Origin: a virus
Lineage: Duplodnaviria; Caudoviricetes
Strand: one strand, 5' to 3'
Virus record (IMG/VR): IMGVR_UViG_3300044580_000329
Span: 1-54,062 of that record
DNA: 54,062 bases
The first letter of the stretch is position 1. Each line of letters opens with the position of its first letter. The translations under genes and the position numbers were made by a program. This document shows, piece after piece, positions 45,386 through 54,062 of the stretch. The notes under the pieces were generated by a model. The model did no database searches and was not told the origin of the DNA. It worked only from the letters and a program-made list of their open reading frames with translations.

Positions 45386-46285
45386 ATGATTAAAACCAGA
45401 ATTTTCCCAGAACACAATTACAAGGCTATTCATGTTAATGGCAAAACAATTCGTATAGCTCTTAATTCTAAGAGGCCTATAGATGAACTCAGTTATCCTG
45501 AATTCTATGACGTAAAGGTGACACCATACTGCGAAGGAAACTGCCCCTATTGTTATCAAAATAGCCTAGATACAAATAGCCATCCAAAGGACATTATCAA
45601 AAGATTTCTTGCTTTCTTTGGTCCTATGAATGAGAATCAGAAACCGTTCCAAATTGCCTTTGGGGGAGGTGAACCAACAACACATCCAGACTTTATTGAA
45701 CTCATTAAAGTTTGTTACGATATGGGTATTATGCCCAATTATACAACAAATGGAATGTGGTACGCTTCATCAGAAGAAAATCAGAAAAAGATTCTTGAAG
45801 CTACCAAGCAATTCTGTGGTGGTGTTGCAGTTTCAACACATCCGCATTTACGCAGATTTTGGGAGAATGCAACCAATCTATACATAAAAGAGAACATCTT
45901 CACTAATCTTCATATAATTATAGGTGATCGCTATTCAATTGATGATTTTGCAAGAGTCTATAAATTGTATAAAGGATTTGTGAAGTATTTCGTTTTGCTA
46001 CCACTTACTGCGCAAGGAAGAGCAAAAGAATCCTTTGTAGATTGGGAATATTTTAAGGACAAGATTGATGGAAGCCCTGCTGATATAGCATTTGGCGCCA
46101 ATTTTTATCCTTATCTTTGTAAGGACCCTAAAAGATTTACGGTTTCTCTTTACGAACCGGAAATCATGTCTGCTTATCTTGATCTGGAAGATATGAAAGT
46201 TTATAAATCAAGTTTTAGTTCTTGTGAAAAGAAAGTTGGCAATAATAAATTTCAGGAAGAAGTAATATGTCGTTTGGAGAAATAA
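45386..46285 (+). CDS. Radical SAM protein
   Basis: CEGNCPYC, FQIAFGGGEPT.HPDF, PNYTTNG. Confidence 0.9.
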   Translation: MIKTRIFPEHNYKAIHVNGKTIRIALNSKRPIDELSYPEFYDVKVTPYCEGNCPYCYQNSLDTNSHPKDIIKRFLAFFGPMNENQKPFQIAFGGGEPTTHPDFIELIKVCYDMGIMPNYTTNGMWYASSEENQKKILEATKQFCGGVAVSTHPHLRRFWENATNLYIKENIFTNLHIIIGDRYSIDDFARVYKLYKGFVKYFVLLPLTAQGRAKESFVDWEYFKDKIDGSPADIAFGANFYPYLCKDPKRFTVSLYEPEIMSAYLDLEDMKVYKSSFSSCEKKVGNNKFQEEVICRLEK

Positions 46286-46498
46286 TTTATGCAGCGATAA
46301 CTTCCGCACTTATATCATTTCCTATTGCATTAGCTTGTTGGAAATTTTTTAAGTGGAAGTTAAATATATGTGCAAACATAGGTGCTGGTGCTTATGGTGG
46401 TATTAGTACCTTGTTTGGTTTAGTCATCCCAGCTAAATGGCCCATGTGGTTTATTACTATTATGTTAATAGCTGTATATGATTATATTGATAAAACTT

Positions 46499-46975
46499 AT
46501 GTCAAAAAAGAAGTTTAAATCTTGTCAGGAATTAGTAGAATCCTGGGAAGAAAAAATGGAAAAAGATTTGATCAATAGACCACATCTCGTTTTGAATAGA
46601 ATTAAAACCCCAGATGGAACAATTATTACATCATATCATGTCCATGATTATGTATCTTATATGGATAAAAATGGCAAAGAATACATGGTTGATGGAGGAT
46701 TAGAATATCTTCGTAGAAATGTTTATGAAGATGCTCCATATGAAGAGATGTCAGTGACAACTGAAGCCCCATTTGAACAGATACGTGAATCCATGCATTG
46801 GGGGACCTACGGTAAAAAGGGTGATCAGCCATTAAGATACGTTACAGTTAGTCAAATGAGTGACCAACATATAAAAGCTATATTGAATCAGAAGATGGGT
46901 GCTAAATGGGTCCAGGAAATTCTTGAGGATGAGTTGAAATATAGAGCCAAAAAAGGAATAACAATTAATGATTAA
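46499..46975 (+). CDS. Conserved phage hypothetical protein
   Basis: IKTPDGT...S.HVHDY...YMVDGG.EYLRR, WGTYGK.G. Confidence 0.7.
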   Translation: MSKKKFKSCQELVESWEEKMEKDLINRPHLVLNRIKTPDGTIITSYHVHDYVSYMDKNGKEYMVDGGLEYLRRNVYEDAPYEEMSVTTEAPFEQIRESMHWGTYGKKGDQPLRYVTVSQMSDQHIKAILNQKMGAKWVQEILEDELKYRAKKGITIND

Positions 46976-47393
46976 AGACATTCTCAAATCGAAGCCTATT
47001 GAAGACATTGTCAATGACATATTAACGCCTTCGTATGAGACTAATCCTGCAAATACTGTTTTAAGTTTGATTGACAAACCAGAAATTTTAGCTCCTATTA
47101 TTGAGCATGAAAGCTTTACTTCTAGAATAATTTTAAAACAACTTTTAGCAAAATGTTGTACAGCTGACCGTCACTTAAGAATTGCAAAGATTATCTTAAA
47201 AAAAGATATTGACCCTTCTTGTGATAACAATCGATTTCTAAAATTAGCTTATCATAATAACAGCATAGATATAATTAGATTGTTATTAAACGAAGAATCT
47301 GTTCGTAATAAGCTTTCAGCACGAGAAAAAAGAGAATTAGCAGGGTATTTATATTTAACAGAATCATTTGAAGTAACAAAATTAATTCCATGA
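46968..47393 (+). CDS. Ankyrin-like repeat protein
   Basis: HLRIAKIIL...IDPS.DNN..L..A......IIRLLL. Confidence 0.5.
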   Translation: MIKDILKSKPIEDIVNDILTPSYETNPANTVLSLIDKPEILAPIIEHESFTSRIILKQLLAKCCTADRHLRIAKIILKKDIDPSCDNNRFLKLAYHNNSIDIIRLLLNEESVRNKLSAREKRELAGYLYLTESFEVTKLIP

Positions 47394-47419
47394 TCCGTAT
47401 AAATAATTAAAAACGGATC

Positions 47420-48475
47420 GTGAAAATCATACTCTCATTAGATGGCGGCGGAATACGAGGAATTGTTCCAGCCGCCGTCTTGGCTTATCTAGAAGATCGA
47501 ATTCAAAATATAATGCATGATAGACGATTAAGAATTGCCAACTTAGTAGATTTTGTTGCAGGCACCTCTTCTGGTTCTATCATCGGTGGATTAATGATTA
47601 TTCCTCAAACAACCAAAAATAATTATGTTACCACTTTATATACTATGTGGGAAATTGTCCAAATGTATTTTGAATTTGGAGGACAAGTATTTAAAAAGAA
47701 TAATTTTTGGTATGATGTGAAAACCGTTTGGGGATTATTTGGTCCCAGATTCCCTGAGAGTAATATAGAGGCGCCTTTGCTTCAATATATGAATCACTAT
47801 AAGCTAAAGGATTTATTAAAACCTTGCATGTTTAGTGGGTATGATATAGATAAAAGAAAGGTAATATTTTATACAAACGCAGATGAACATCAGTTATATT
47901 CAGATTATTATCTAAAGGACGTTGTCCGCGGATCTGCATCTGTTCCATCTATATTTCCTCCAGCTTATTTTAATGAAGGAATTCATGTTAATACAATCAT
48001 TGACGGGGGGGTCTTTGCCAACAATCCTGCTTTAGCAGCATATATGGAAGTTTCTAAAACGATATTTAAAGGAGACACTCAACCAAAGAATTACGGAACC
48101 CAGGATATAATGATGATTTCTTTAGGAACCGGAGATTATTCTAAAAAATCATTCCCATATAATAAAACCAAAAAATGGGGGTCAGCGCAATGGACTGTTC
48201 CTGCATTAGATATGGTAGCAACATCCAATTCAGAAGTTACTCATTATCAAATGGAAAAAATATTCGCCACTACAAATTCTCTACAAAATTATAAAAGAAT
48301 TAATCCTCCAATATTATTAGGTTCAACAAATTCCCTTGATGCATCTAAAGATAACTTATGTAAACTATTAAAGGATGCCCAAAATTATACAAAGCAAAAT
48401 AAAGATATGCTAGAACAATTAGCAAGGCAAATTTGCGATATAAAGGGAATCCATAATTGGGACGACGTCGATTAA
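47420..48475 (+). CDS. Patatin-like phospholipase
   Basis: ILSLDGGGIRG, GTSSG, DGGVFANNP. Confidence 0.93.
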   Translation: MKIILSLDGGGIRGIVPAAVLAYLEDRIQNIMHDRRLRIANLVDFVAGTSSGSIIGGLMIIPQTTKNNYVTTLYTMWEIVQMYFEFGGQVFKKNNFWYDVKTVWGLFGPRFPESNIEAPLLQYMNHYKLKDLLKPCMFSGYDIDKRKVIFYTNADEHQLYSDYYLKDVVRGSASVPSIFPPAYFNEGIHVNTIIDGGVFANNPALAAYMEVSKTIFKGDTQPKNYGTQDIMMISLGTGDYSKKSFPYNKTKKWGSAQWTVPALDMVATSNSEVTHYQMEKIFATTNSLQNYKRINPPILLGSTNSLDASKDNLCKLLKDAQNYTKQNKDMLEQLARQICDIKGIHNWDDVD

Positions 48476-48610
48476 TTTTAACAATCCCTTAACATCATAT
48501 ATTTAAATAAGTATTTATATATCAATTAGATATATAACATATTTATTATCAATTCTTTCTAAGTGAAACTTTTGCTGCAATATGTTTAGTTTTCACTGCC
48601 TAAGGAGCTC

Positions 48611-48623
48611 TATATATAATAAA
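48611..48623 (+). promoter_or_regulatory. Putative late promoter (ATATATAA motif)
   Basis: TATATATAATAAA before the head genes; the motif recurs before the homing endonucleases and resembles the T4 late promoter TATAAATA. Confidence 0.55.
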
Positions 48624-48636
48624 AACTCTAAAAGGC

Positions 48637-50985
48637 ATGAAAAATGTACTAATACTTGAGAGATCAAGTGAAAATCTTAAAAAGGTTAGTCAGAAAGGAA
48701 AGACTATCCTTGAAGGAGTATTTGCCGAGTTTGGAGTTGAAAACAGAAACGGACGCGTTTATGAGGAAAAAGAATATCTTCCTCACTTAGAGTACTTAAA
48801 AAAGGACATTCAAGGCGGAAGTCTTTTAGGTGAACTTGACCATCCTGAAAGATTTGAAGTTGCGCTTGGAAATGTTTCACATAGAGTAACAGATTTATGG
48901 TATGATCAGCAAAATCGTCAGGTAAAAGGTCGTATCGAAATTCTTGAAGGAACACCTAAAGGGCAAATTGCAAAAGCCCTTCTCGAATCAGGCGTTCCTC
49001 TTTCTATTTCTTCACGTGCTGCGGGTACAGTAAATGAAGATAAAACTGTTTCTATTCAGCAGATTTACACCTATGACTTAGTTGCTAAGCCTGGATTTGA
49101 AAAAGCTCAATTGGAAACTGTTAATGAAAGCGCAAGAGCAAGAATTGAAAATCAAATTAGACAATTAAACGAGTCCTATAGTAAGTTTGAAAAAGATCAT
49201 AATGATCTTAAATCCGAACTAGGTATTATGAATGAACATGTTTCTATCTATGATTTAACAGACAAATACCCAGCTGTAAAACTTAGAGAAGAAGCTAAAG
49301 AACTTGTTAAAAATAAAAGCGAGCAAAAGATGAATGAAAAAGTAAATGAAGAAAATGTTCAGCAATGGACTGTTTACTTTAAGAACGAACTTAGCAAAGC
49401 ACAAGAAAGATTAACAGCTATTGAAAATGCAATTCTTGAAGGTGGCCAAACTAAAGAGATTAAAGCTCTTAAGGAGTATGTCGACGAATTACGTAAGTTA
49501 CAAGAAAAGCATCAGAAATGGACTGGTGACATTGCTAAAAACGTTAACAAAGTAGCCACACATTCGCAAAAATTAGCCGAAAAGAGTAACCAACATTATA
49601 AGTTAACTAAGAAGATTTCTGAAACTGTTGATTTTAATGCTCAGGTTCTCAACCACACTCAGGATTGGGTTGGAAATAATGCTAAAGTTACGAATGCAAT
49701 TGCTGAAACTGTTGACCACAACGCTGAAATGCTTAATGGTATCAACGAATGGAACACTCAGTTAGCTAAGGGTGTTAATGCTCTCCATGAATGGGGAACT
49801 GAAAAAGCAAAAGCTATTAATGAGATGCACGAGTGGACAAGCACTATTGCTAAGGGCTTAAATACCACTGCTAGTTGGTCTGAAGACATGTTCGGAAGAG
49901 CTATGTCAAAAGCTGACGCCAAGAAACTTGTTGAGTATATTGAGTTAGTTTCTGAATCAAAAGCAGATCCTAAACTTAAGGAAAAACTCGACGAAATTCT
50001 TTCGACTCACGGAATTACCGAAAAACCTTTATCAGAATCTATGTTGACTAGCATTGCTGGAGTAAAAGGACTCGGCGTTATTACCGATGTTAAAACTGCC
50101 GGTAATGAAAAAGTTGATACTGATGCAGGAAAAGACAATAAAGTCCATTTTGATGGAAAAATTATTGTTGCAAAAGCTGCAAAAGCTTCAAAGGTAGGTG
50201 GTCAGAAACCGAAAGAATTAAATACTAAGAAAACCTCAGTGCCGGTCCAAAATACTACTGGACAAAAATTAGGTGCTAGTGGTAAAACCAAAGGTGTTAT
50301 GGTACTTGATACCACTAAAACCGCTGGTGCAAGACCTACTGTAAAGATAACTGGAGACGGTCCTTCTCCTGCAATTGTTAAAGGACAAAATTTAAAATTA
50401 GACACTAAACCAGTTGGTAAACTTAAAGAGAGCTTTGGTTCTCCAGAAGTTTCAACTAGACGTTCTAAATTAGATGAGAAACTTAATACTATCATTGCTG
50501 ATCTTGAAAAAGAGAAGAAAGCTGATGAAGAGACTGTAAAAAGTTTCCCGTTCTTAAGCCTTTTAGGTGAAAGTGAAAGAAAAGAATTTAGAAGTTTAGA
50601 TTCAACTCAAAAAGAAAAAGTTGCGCAAGAAGTAGCGAAAAATCCTACCACTGATGCTGGTGTTATTCGAAAGTTATGGGAATCAGCTTTAGCAAATCCT
50701 ACAAGCACTGAACCTCTATGGAAGAAAGCAGCTCCTGCTAAATTCAGAGAGCTTTATGAAAGCGCTTCAGACGTTCAGAAAGCTGCAATTGATGCAAGAG
50801 CAGAATTCTATACTCTCGATACACAATACCAAATTAATAATTTCTGGGAAACTTCGGGATTAGTTCAGAGACCTTCATTAAGTCTTAATGAAGTTGTAAC
50901 TGCTAAAACACCAGAAGAATCTGACAAGAAATTAGACTCTTTCGTTGCATCCGTTGGTGAAGTAATGAAGAGATATAACAGATAA
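48637..50985 (+). CDS. Prohead protease (gp21-like) fused to a long scaffold/core region
   Basis: LEGVF....NRNGRVY, LGELDHP, VSH, GTPKG, ISSRAAG, TYDLVAKPGF; long coiled-coil C-terminus. Confidence 0.9.
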   Translation: MKNVLILERSSENLKKVSQKGKTILEGVFAEFGVENRNGRVYEEKEYLPHLEYLKKDIQGGSLLGELDHPERFEVALGNVSHRVTDLWYDQQNRQVKGRIEILEGTPKGQIAKALLESGVPLSISSRAAGTVNEDKTVSIQQIYTYDLVAKPGFEKAQLETVNESARARIENQIRQLNESYSKFEKDHNDLKSELGIMNEHVSIYDLTDKYPAVKLREEAKELVKNKSEQKMNEKVNEENVQQWTVYFKNELSKAQERLTAIENAILEGGQTKEIKALKEYVDELRKLQEKHQKWTGDIAKNVNKVATHSQKLAEKSNQHYKLTKKISETVDFNAQVLNHTQDWVGNNAKVTNAIAETVDHNAEMLNGINEWNTQLAKGVNALHEWGTEKAKAINEMHEWTSTIAKGLNTTASWSEDMFGRAMSKADAKKLVEYIELVSESKADPKLKEKLDEILSTHGITEKPLSESMLTSIAGVKGLGVITDVKTAGNEKVDTDAGKDNKVHFDGKIIVAKAAKASKVGGQKPKELNTKKTSVPVQNTTGQKLGASGKTKGVMVLDTTKTAGARPTVKITGDGPSPAIVKGQNLKLDTKPVGKLKESFGSPEVSTRRSKLDEKLNTIIADLEKEKKADEETVKSFPFLSLLGESERKEFRSLDSTQKEKVAQEVAKNPTTDAGVIRKLWESALANPTSTEPLWKKAAPAKFRELYESASDVQKAAIDARAEFYTLDTQYQINNFWETSGLVQRPSLSLNEVVTAKTPEESDKKLDSFVASVGEVMKRYNR

Positions 50986-51067
50986 TTTTTCTGCACTATG
51001 TTATACAAGTGCCGAATAAGTAAAAAATAAATAGATAAAATAATAAAAATAAAATTAATTAAAGATC

Positions 51068-52828
51068 ATGAATCACTTAAATGAACAACAAATTGAGCAA
51101 AAATGGTCTCCAATGGTAGAACAAGTTACAGGAATTAAAGATAAGTCAAAATTATCTTGGATTTCTAAATACGCACACTTTCATGCATTGAATGAAGCTG
51201 CTATGGGTGGTGTTTACACTCCTTATGCAACTCTTTATAATGTTCCAGGTGTTGGTAACGCAGTTCCAGCTTCTCAAGCTGCAACAACTGGTAACCAGTT
51301 CTATCAAGCTGCAACCAAAGGTTCCGGAGACAAATGGCCTGCACTTCTTCCTATGTCACTTCAAGTGGCTGCAAGAACCGTAGGTTTTGACATTGTGAAC
51401 GTAGTTCCTATGCCAGGTCCAACAGGAGTTATCTCTTATTTGGATTATGTTTATGCTGGTGGCAAACAGCCTTATGGCGCACAGCCTGCAAATAGCCCAG
51501 CTAACGCTAACCCACCTCACAATGGTAAATATGATCCAGCTTGGAAGGCTTACGAAGCTCCTCATGCTTTCAAACTTCAGATAGCTGACGCATCACTTAA
51601 AGCTGACCTCAGCAATGGTGATGGTATCTTATTTACTAACACTGCTTCTGGTGGTACTGTAGCTGCTACTTACATTGGCAAATCACGTATCGACGGATTC
51701 GCAATGTTCAAAACTGGCGCATTTGGCGCTCCTGCTACTAACTTAGGAGAAGTATTTGATGGAACCGAAGTAACCGCTGACACATCAACTTTAACTGATG
51801 TTGTAGTTGCTACTTATCCATCACTTATATCAACTCTTGAAGATCAGGTTCAAGGTTTCACAGGTGCTGGTGAATATGACCAAGCTAACTGGGATGGTAC
51901 TTTCGTAGATGGTACTAAACTTTACGAACCTATGGAACGTGGTGTTGGTGAAATGAAATACCCAAGAGCCCTTGGTTTACAGGTATTCACCAAATTCGTT
52001 CAGGTTGGAACTTACCAAGTATCTGTTTCTGTAACTCAGGAACAAATTCAAGACCTTAACAAACAGTGGGGTATTGATGTTATCGCAATGGTTGAAAACG
52101 CTGGTATCAACGAAATTAGCCAGAGCATTAACAAACACATCCTCTCAAGAGCATTTGGTCTTGGTTGGAAAAACCACATCAGAGCTAACGAAGTTGAAGG
52201 TATGAACTTCAACCTTAGAACTGACAACGAAGCTGACGGTGTAACTCCTGCATTCGCTTATCCAGATGCAGCTGGTACTTCAACCGCTCCTGTAACCGCT
52301 ACAATGGTACTTCCTGGCTTCAAGGCTGTTCCAGTTGCCGCTACTACTACCTTCGAAAACGAAGATACTGCTATCAAGAGAATTATGGCTCGTATAATGG
52401 CAGCAGGTACCGCAGTTGCACAAAGAGGTAGAAGAGGTCCTGCTAACTTTATTGTTACTAACATTAAGATAGCTACCGCTCTCCAGGCAAATGCACAGTA
52501 CGCATTCTCACCATTAGCAAACACTTTCAATCAAACTAACGGTTCGCTTTATCCACTCGGAACCATCGGCGGAATGACATTATATGTTGATCCTAACATG
52601 ATTTACGAAGATACTAGAGTTCTTGTTGGACGTAAAGGTGCTGCTGATGAACCAGGTATCGTATTCTGCCCATACTTAATGGCTGAATCAGTTAAGCTTA
52701 TAACTGAAGGTACAGGTGCTCCTAAAGTTATCATCAAATCAAGATACGCTCTTGTTGATGCTGGCTGGCATCCTGAAACGCAATATTTGACCTTGTATAT
52801 TCGCACAAGTCCAGGTGCTCTTATTTAA
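51068..52828 (+). CDS. Major capsid protein (T4 gp23-like)
   Basis: KWSP N-terminus, V.PM.GPTG, RGRRGPANF, G.IGG..LYVDP, PGIVFCPY, PK...KSRYAL. Confidence 0.93.
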   Translation: MNHLNEQQIEQKWSPMVEQVTGIKDKSKLSWISKYAHFHALNEAAMGGVYTPYATLYNVPGVGNAVPASQAATTGNQFYQAATKGSGDKWPALLPMSLQVAARTVGFDIVNVVPMPGPTGVISYLDYVYAGGKQPYGAQPANSPANANPPHNGKYDPAWKAYEAPHAFKLQIADASLKADLSNGDGILFTNTASGGTVAATYIGKSRIDGFAMFKTGAFGAPATNLGEVFDGTEVTADTSTLTDVVVATYPSLISTLEDQVQGFTGAGEYDQANWDGTFVDGTKLYEPMERGVGEMKYPRALGLQVFTKFVQVGTYQVSVSVTQEQIQDLNKQWGIDVIAMVENAGINEISQSINKHILSRAFGLGWKNHIRANEVEGMNFNLRTDNEADGVTPAFAYPDAAGTSTAPVTATMVLPGFKAVPVAATTTFENEDTAIKRIMARIMAAGTAVAQRGRRGPANFIVTNIKIATALQANAQYAFSPLANTFNQTNGSLYPLGTIGGMTLYVDPNMIYEDTRVLVGRKGAADEPGIVFCPYLMAESVKLITEGTGAPKVIIKSRYALVDAGWHPETQYLTLYIRTSPGALI

Positions 52829-52843
52829 TGTCAAATTAAAAAA

Positions 52844-52872
52844 TAAAGAGGGGTAATCTTACCCCTCTTTTT
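52844..52872. terminator. Bidirectional terminator between the capsid and endonuclease genes
   Basis: AAAGAGGGGTAA-tc-TTACCCCTCTTT. Confidence 0.85.
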
Positions 52873-53668
52873 GTTTGTAATGGTTTTTAAGTCCTTGAGA
52901 TATTTTTAGTTTAGTTTCTTCAGAATGATTATACCCTTTTCTTGAAATTTTCCATTTTTCGATAGTTTCTTTAGAAATATTTTTTCCTCGATGGGCATTT
53001 CCAATTTTTTCTTTATGTTCCTTTGTAAAAACTCGATTTTTAAGTTTTTCTTTAAATTCTTTCGATCTTTTTATACCCCTTCCTTTTTTACTTATTTTTA
53101 TTTTAGTTTCTTCCGGCGTGATTTTTCCTAATCTACTTACTCGAAGCTTTTTAATAAATTCATCATATCTTTTTCTTCCTTCTTCTTGACCATACCTTTC
53201 CATTAATAATTCTAATCTCGGTTTTCCTTTTCTCTCTTTTAACTTATTAATATAATCTTCATATCTATTCTTTCCTTCTATTTCTCCATATCTATTAATA
53301 TAATGATCCAAATTACTTTTTCCTTTCATTACATTTTTTAAATGCTCTTTAGTTTCTAGAGTATGATGATAACCTCGAATAGTTCCCCCACCAGAAGTCA
53401 TATTATATCCACTTTTTAAGGTGTCATAAAAATCTATCCAAAAAATTTCTCGATTATCTAAATAATCAACCGCCACGTTATTTTCAATAATTTCCCATTT
53501 AAAATTTCTTTTTCCGTATTTTCTTAAAGCTTCATGAAATCTAGATTGAGAATTAAATTTAAAGGCAGCAGAAAAATGTTTTGCTTTACGATAATTCAAT
53601 TGAGTAATGCATTGCCCAATATATTTTTTACCATTAATTTTATTTTCAACTAAATATATAAGTCCCAT
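52859..53668 (-). CDS. Free-standing GIY-YIG homing endonuclease with NUMOD3 repeats
   Basis: GLIYLVENKINGKKYIGQ, GYNMTSGG, repeated H.EETK.KIS. Confidence 0.92.
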   Translation of the reverse strand: MGLIYLVENKINGKKYIGQCITQLNYRKAKHFSAAFKFNSQSRFHEALRKYGKRNFKWEIIENNVAVDYLDNREIFWIDFYDTLKSGYNMTSGGGTIRGYHHTLETKEHLKNVMKGKSNLDHYINRYGEIEGKNRYEDYINKLKERKGKPRLELLMERYGQEEGRKRYDEFIKKLRVSRLGKITPEETKIKISKKGRGIKRSKEFKEKLKNRVFTKEHKEKIGNAHRGKNISKETIEKWKISRKGYNHSEETKLKISQGLKNHYKQKEG

Positions 53669-53671
53669 TAT

Positions 53672-54016
53672 TCAATTTTGAGTCCCTTTTTTATTAAGAT
53701 AATTTCGAATATTTAGTTCTCGTAATTCTAGAATTTCCGATGATATTGAGTTCATTATATCATTTGTACCACTCCACCATTTGGTATAAAGCATATAACG
53801 ATGGTGTTCATTATCTAATTCTAAATAAGGAATAGCTATGCATTTTTTAGAAGTTGTTATTTTCTCTTTTAACAATTCATTTCGAACATCTCTTTTTATT
53901 TCTTGAATTGAATAGCAGGACGCTAATTCTCCATATCCATATCTATACTCATTATCTATAAGATATTTAAACAAAAAATCTACATTCTGTAAATTTAAAA
54001 TAAAATATGTTTTCAT
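53672..54016 (-). CDS. Hypothetical protein
   Basis: 114-aa ORF directly upstream of the endonuclease on the same strand. Confidence 0.55.
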   Translation of the reverse strand: MKTYFILNLQNVDFLFKYLIDNEYRYGYGELASCYSIQEIKRDVRNELLKEKITTSKKCIAIPYLELDNEHHRYMLYTKWWSGTNDIMNSISSEILELRELNIRNYLNKKGTQN

Positions 54017-54062
54017 TTTTTCAATTTAAAGCGTTTATTCCAAGCTTAAGTTTTTGGTAAAA

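Noticed and set aside
47420-48475. CBASS system (CapV-like patatin)
   Set aside because: No CD-NTase or other CBASS gene nearby; stand-alone patatins are unremarkable without that context.

Overview
AT-rich, mostly plus-strand segment of a large T4-like phage. It ends in a gp21-type prohead protease/scaffold gene and a gp23-type major capsid gene. The host is most likely Bacteroidota: TAnnTTTG promoters recur, Shine-Dalgarno motifs are mostly absent, and bS21 is of the Bacteroidetes type. The window is an RNA/translation island with about 23 canonical tRNAs, several aberrant tRNA-like RNAs, a minimal RNase P RNA, a Ro60/TROVE gene and seven Y-RNA-like elements, an RNA ligase, Pth2, a GGQ release-factor-like protein, bS21, peptide deformylase, NAD salvage genes (nadE, pncA), a macrodomain, two radical SAM enzymes and free-standing homing endonucleases. 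Top observation: two tRNA arrays each follow a short leader ORF plus mutually exclusive antiterminator/terminator hairpins, and each leader's central codons are those read by the downstream tRNAs (V/A/N/W/D/K/G/R/M for one, H/S/I/T for the other). I infer ribosome-mediated attenuation that switches on phage tRNAs when the matching host tRNAs are depleted. Second: the Y-RNA-like module is fused to tRNA parts in three topologies, including a CCA-ending tRNA-Met with the circularly permuted module in its D-loop. Caveat: homopolymer frameshifts, apparent deletions and three foreign-looking patches suggest some consensus or assembly errors. All calls come from reading the sequence, without database searches.
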